From: a virus | Taxonomy: Duplodnaviria; Caudoviricetes | Virus record (IMG/VR): IMGVR_UViG_3300013121_000046 | Reading direction: 5' to 3' (one strand) | Length of the DNA: 64,000 nt | Shown here: positions 63,730 to 64,000 of the stretch, in pieces | How positions within the stretch are numbered: the stretch's first letter is position 1 | Layout of the letters: each line of letters begins with the position of its first letter | Notes under the pieces: model-generated | What the model saw: the letters and a program-made list of their open reading frames with translations, nothing else | What the model was told of the DNA's origin: nothing | Databases searched by the model: none | Program-made: the position numbers and the translations under genes

Positions 63730-64000
63730 TAGACCTTTCTACTCCGGTGTCCTTGTCTCGTGGCCCTCGATTCCAAGGGCGAGAGACTCGGCAAGTACCA
63801 TACGCTAAGACCTGGCATAATCACTCTAGCACGAAATTAGGCTTGCCTGAGAGTCAAAAAGTCGGCAAGTTACCCACATAGGAAGCTGTATATAACAGAC
63901 CTCGCTTAAAGTGGCCCCCTACTGGGTAACTTTAACCTTACTTCTCGTCAAACAGCTTGGCCCACTGAGTTAGAGCCGTCCGGGCGAAACTCACCGAACC
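63690..64000 (-). ncRNA. candidate structured ncRNA (5' end outside the window)
   Basis: No ORF of 60 aa or more; helices AAGTTACCCA/TGGGTAACTT, CTTGCC/GGCAAG, GTCTC/GAGAC with inner GCCCT/AGGGC; ends before a terminator. Confidence 0.5.

Larger units (their letters stand above)
396..64000 (-). mobile_element. large (jumbo-type) phage / giant prophage segment
   Basis: Single-strand gene orientation over 63 kb, dense short hypothetical ORFs, dispersed tRNAs, tmRNA, phage-type genes (DUF5131, VRR-NUC, NT5C, tail-like protein), and AT-richer composition than gltX. No integrase, terminase or capsid gene recognised in the window. Confidence 0.85.

Overview
This window is a segment of a large (jumbo-type) phage genome or giant prophage, with essentially all genes on the minus strand. 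It abuts a GC-rich Planctomycetota-type gltX (GluRS) 5' end at 1-395. It carries six tRNAs (Leu-TAA, Lys-TTT, Val-TAC, Phe-GAA, Pro-TGG, Thr-TGT) and a tmRNA (tag AETFALAA). Recognisable proteins are an orphan HicA, an NT5C nucleotidase, two BCS1-like AAA+ ATPases, a third P-loop ATPase, an orphan N4/N6 DNA methyltransferase, an M28 peptidase, an alpha/beta hydrolase, a cold-shock protein plus its pseudogene, and a 1,150-aa virion-type protein. A GC-rich foreign phage segment lies at ~13.4-16.7 kb. The main unexplained structures are: (1) ~64 small paralogous genes (18.3-45.3 kb) sharing an N-terminal Y-S-x-x-D-L-x-x-L-x-x-K helix and often a C-terminal P-x-W-F-x-x-(S/G)-L motif around a hypervariable core, with visible duplication, chimera formation and decay; (2) a tandem array of 14 ~200-aa paralogs (2.9-12.2 kb); (3) a ~680-750 nt highly structured non-coding region with its own promoter and terminator (49.1-49.9 kb) and a second structured non-coding region at the window end; and (4) a recurring promoter motif TTT(T/G/A)GGGTATA, often fused to a terminator. 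No database searches were run; all family calls come from motif recognition by eye.
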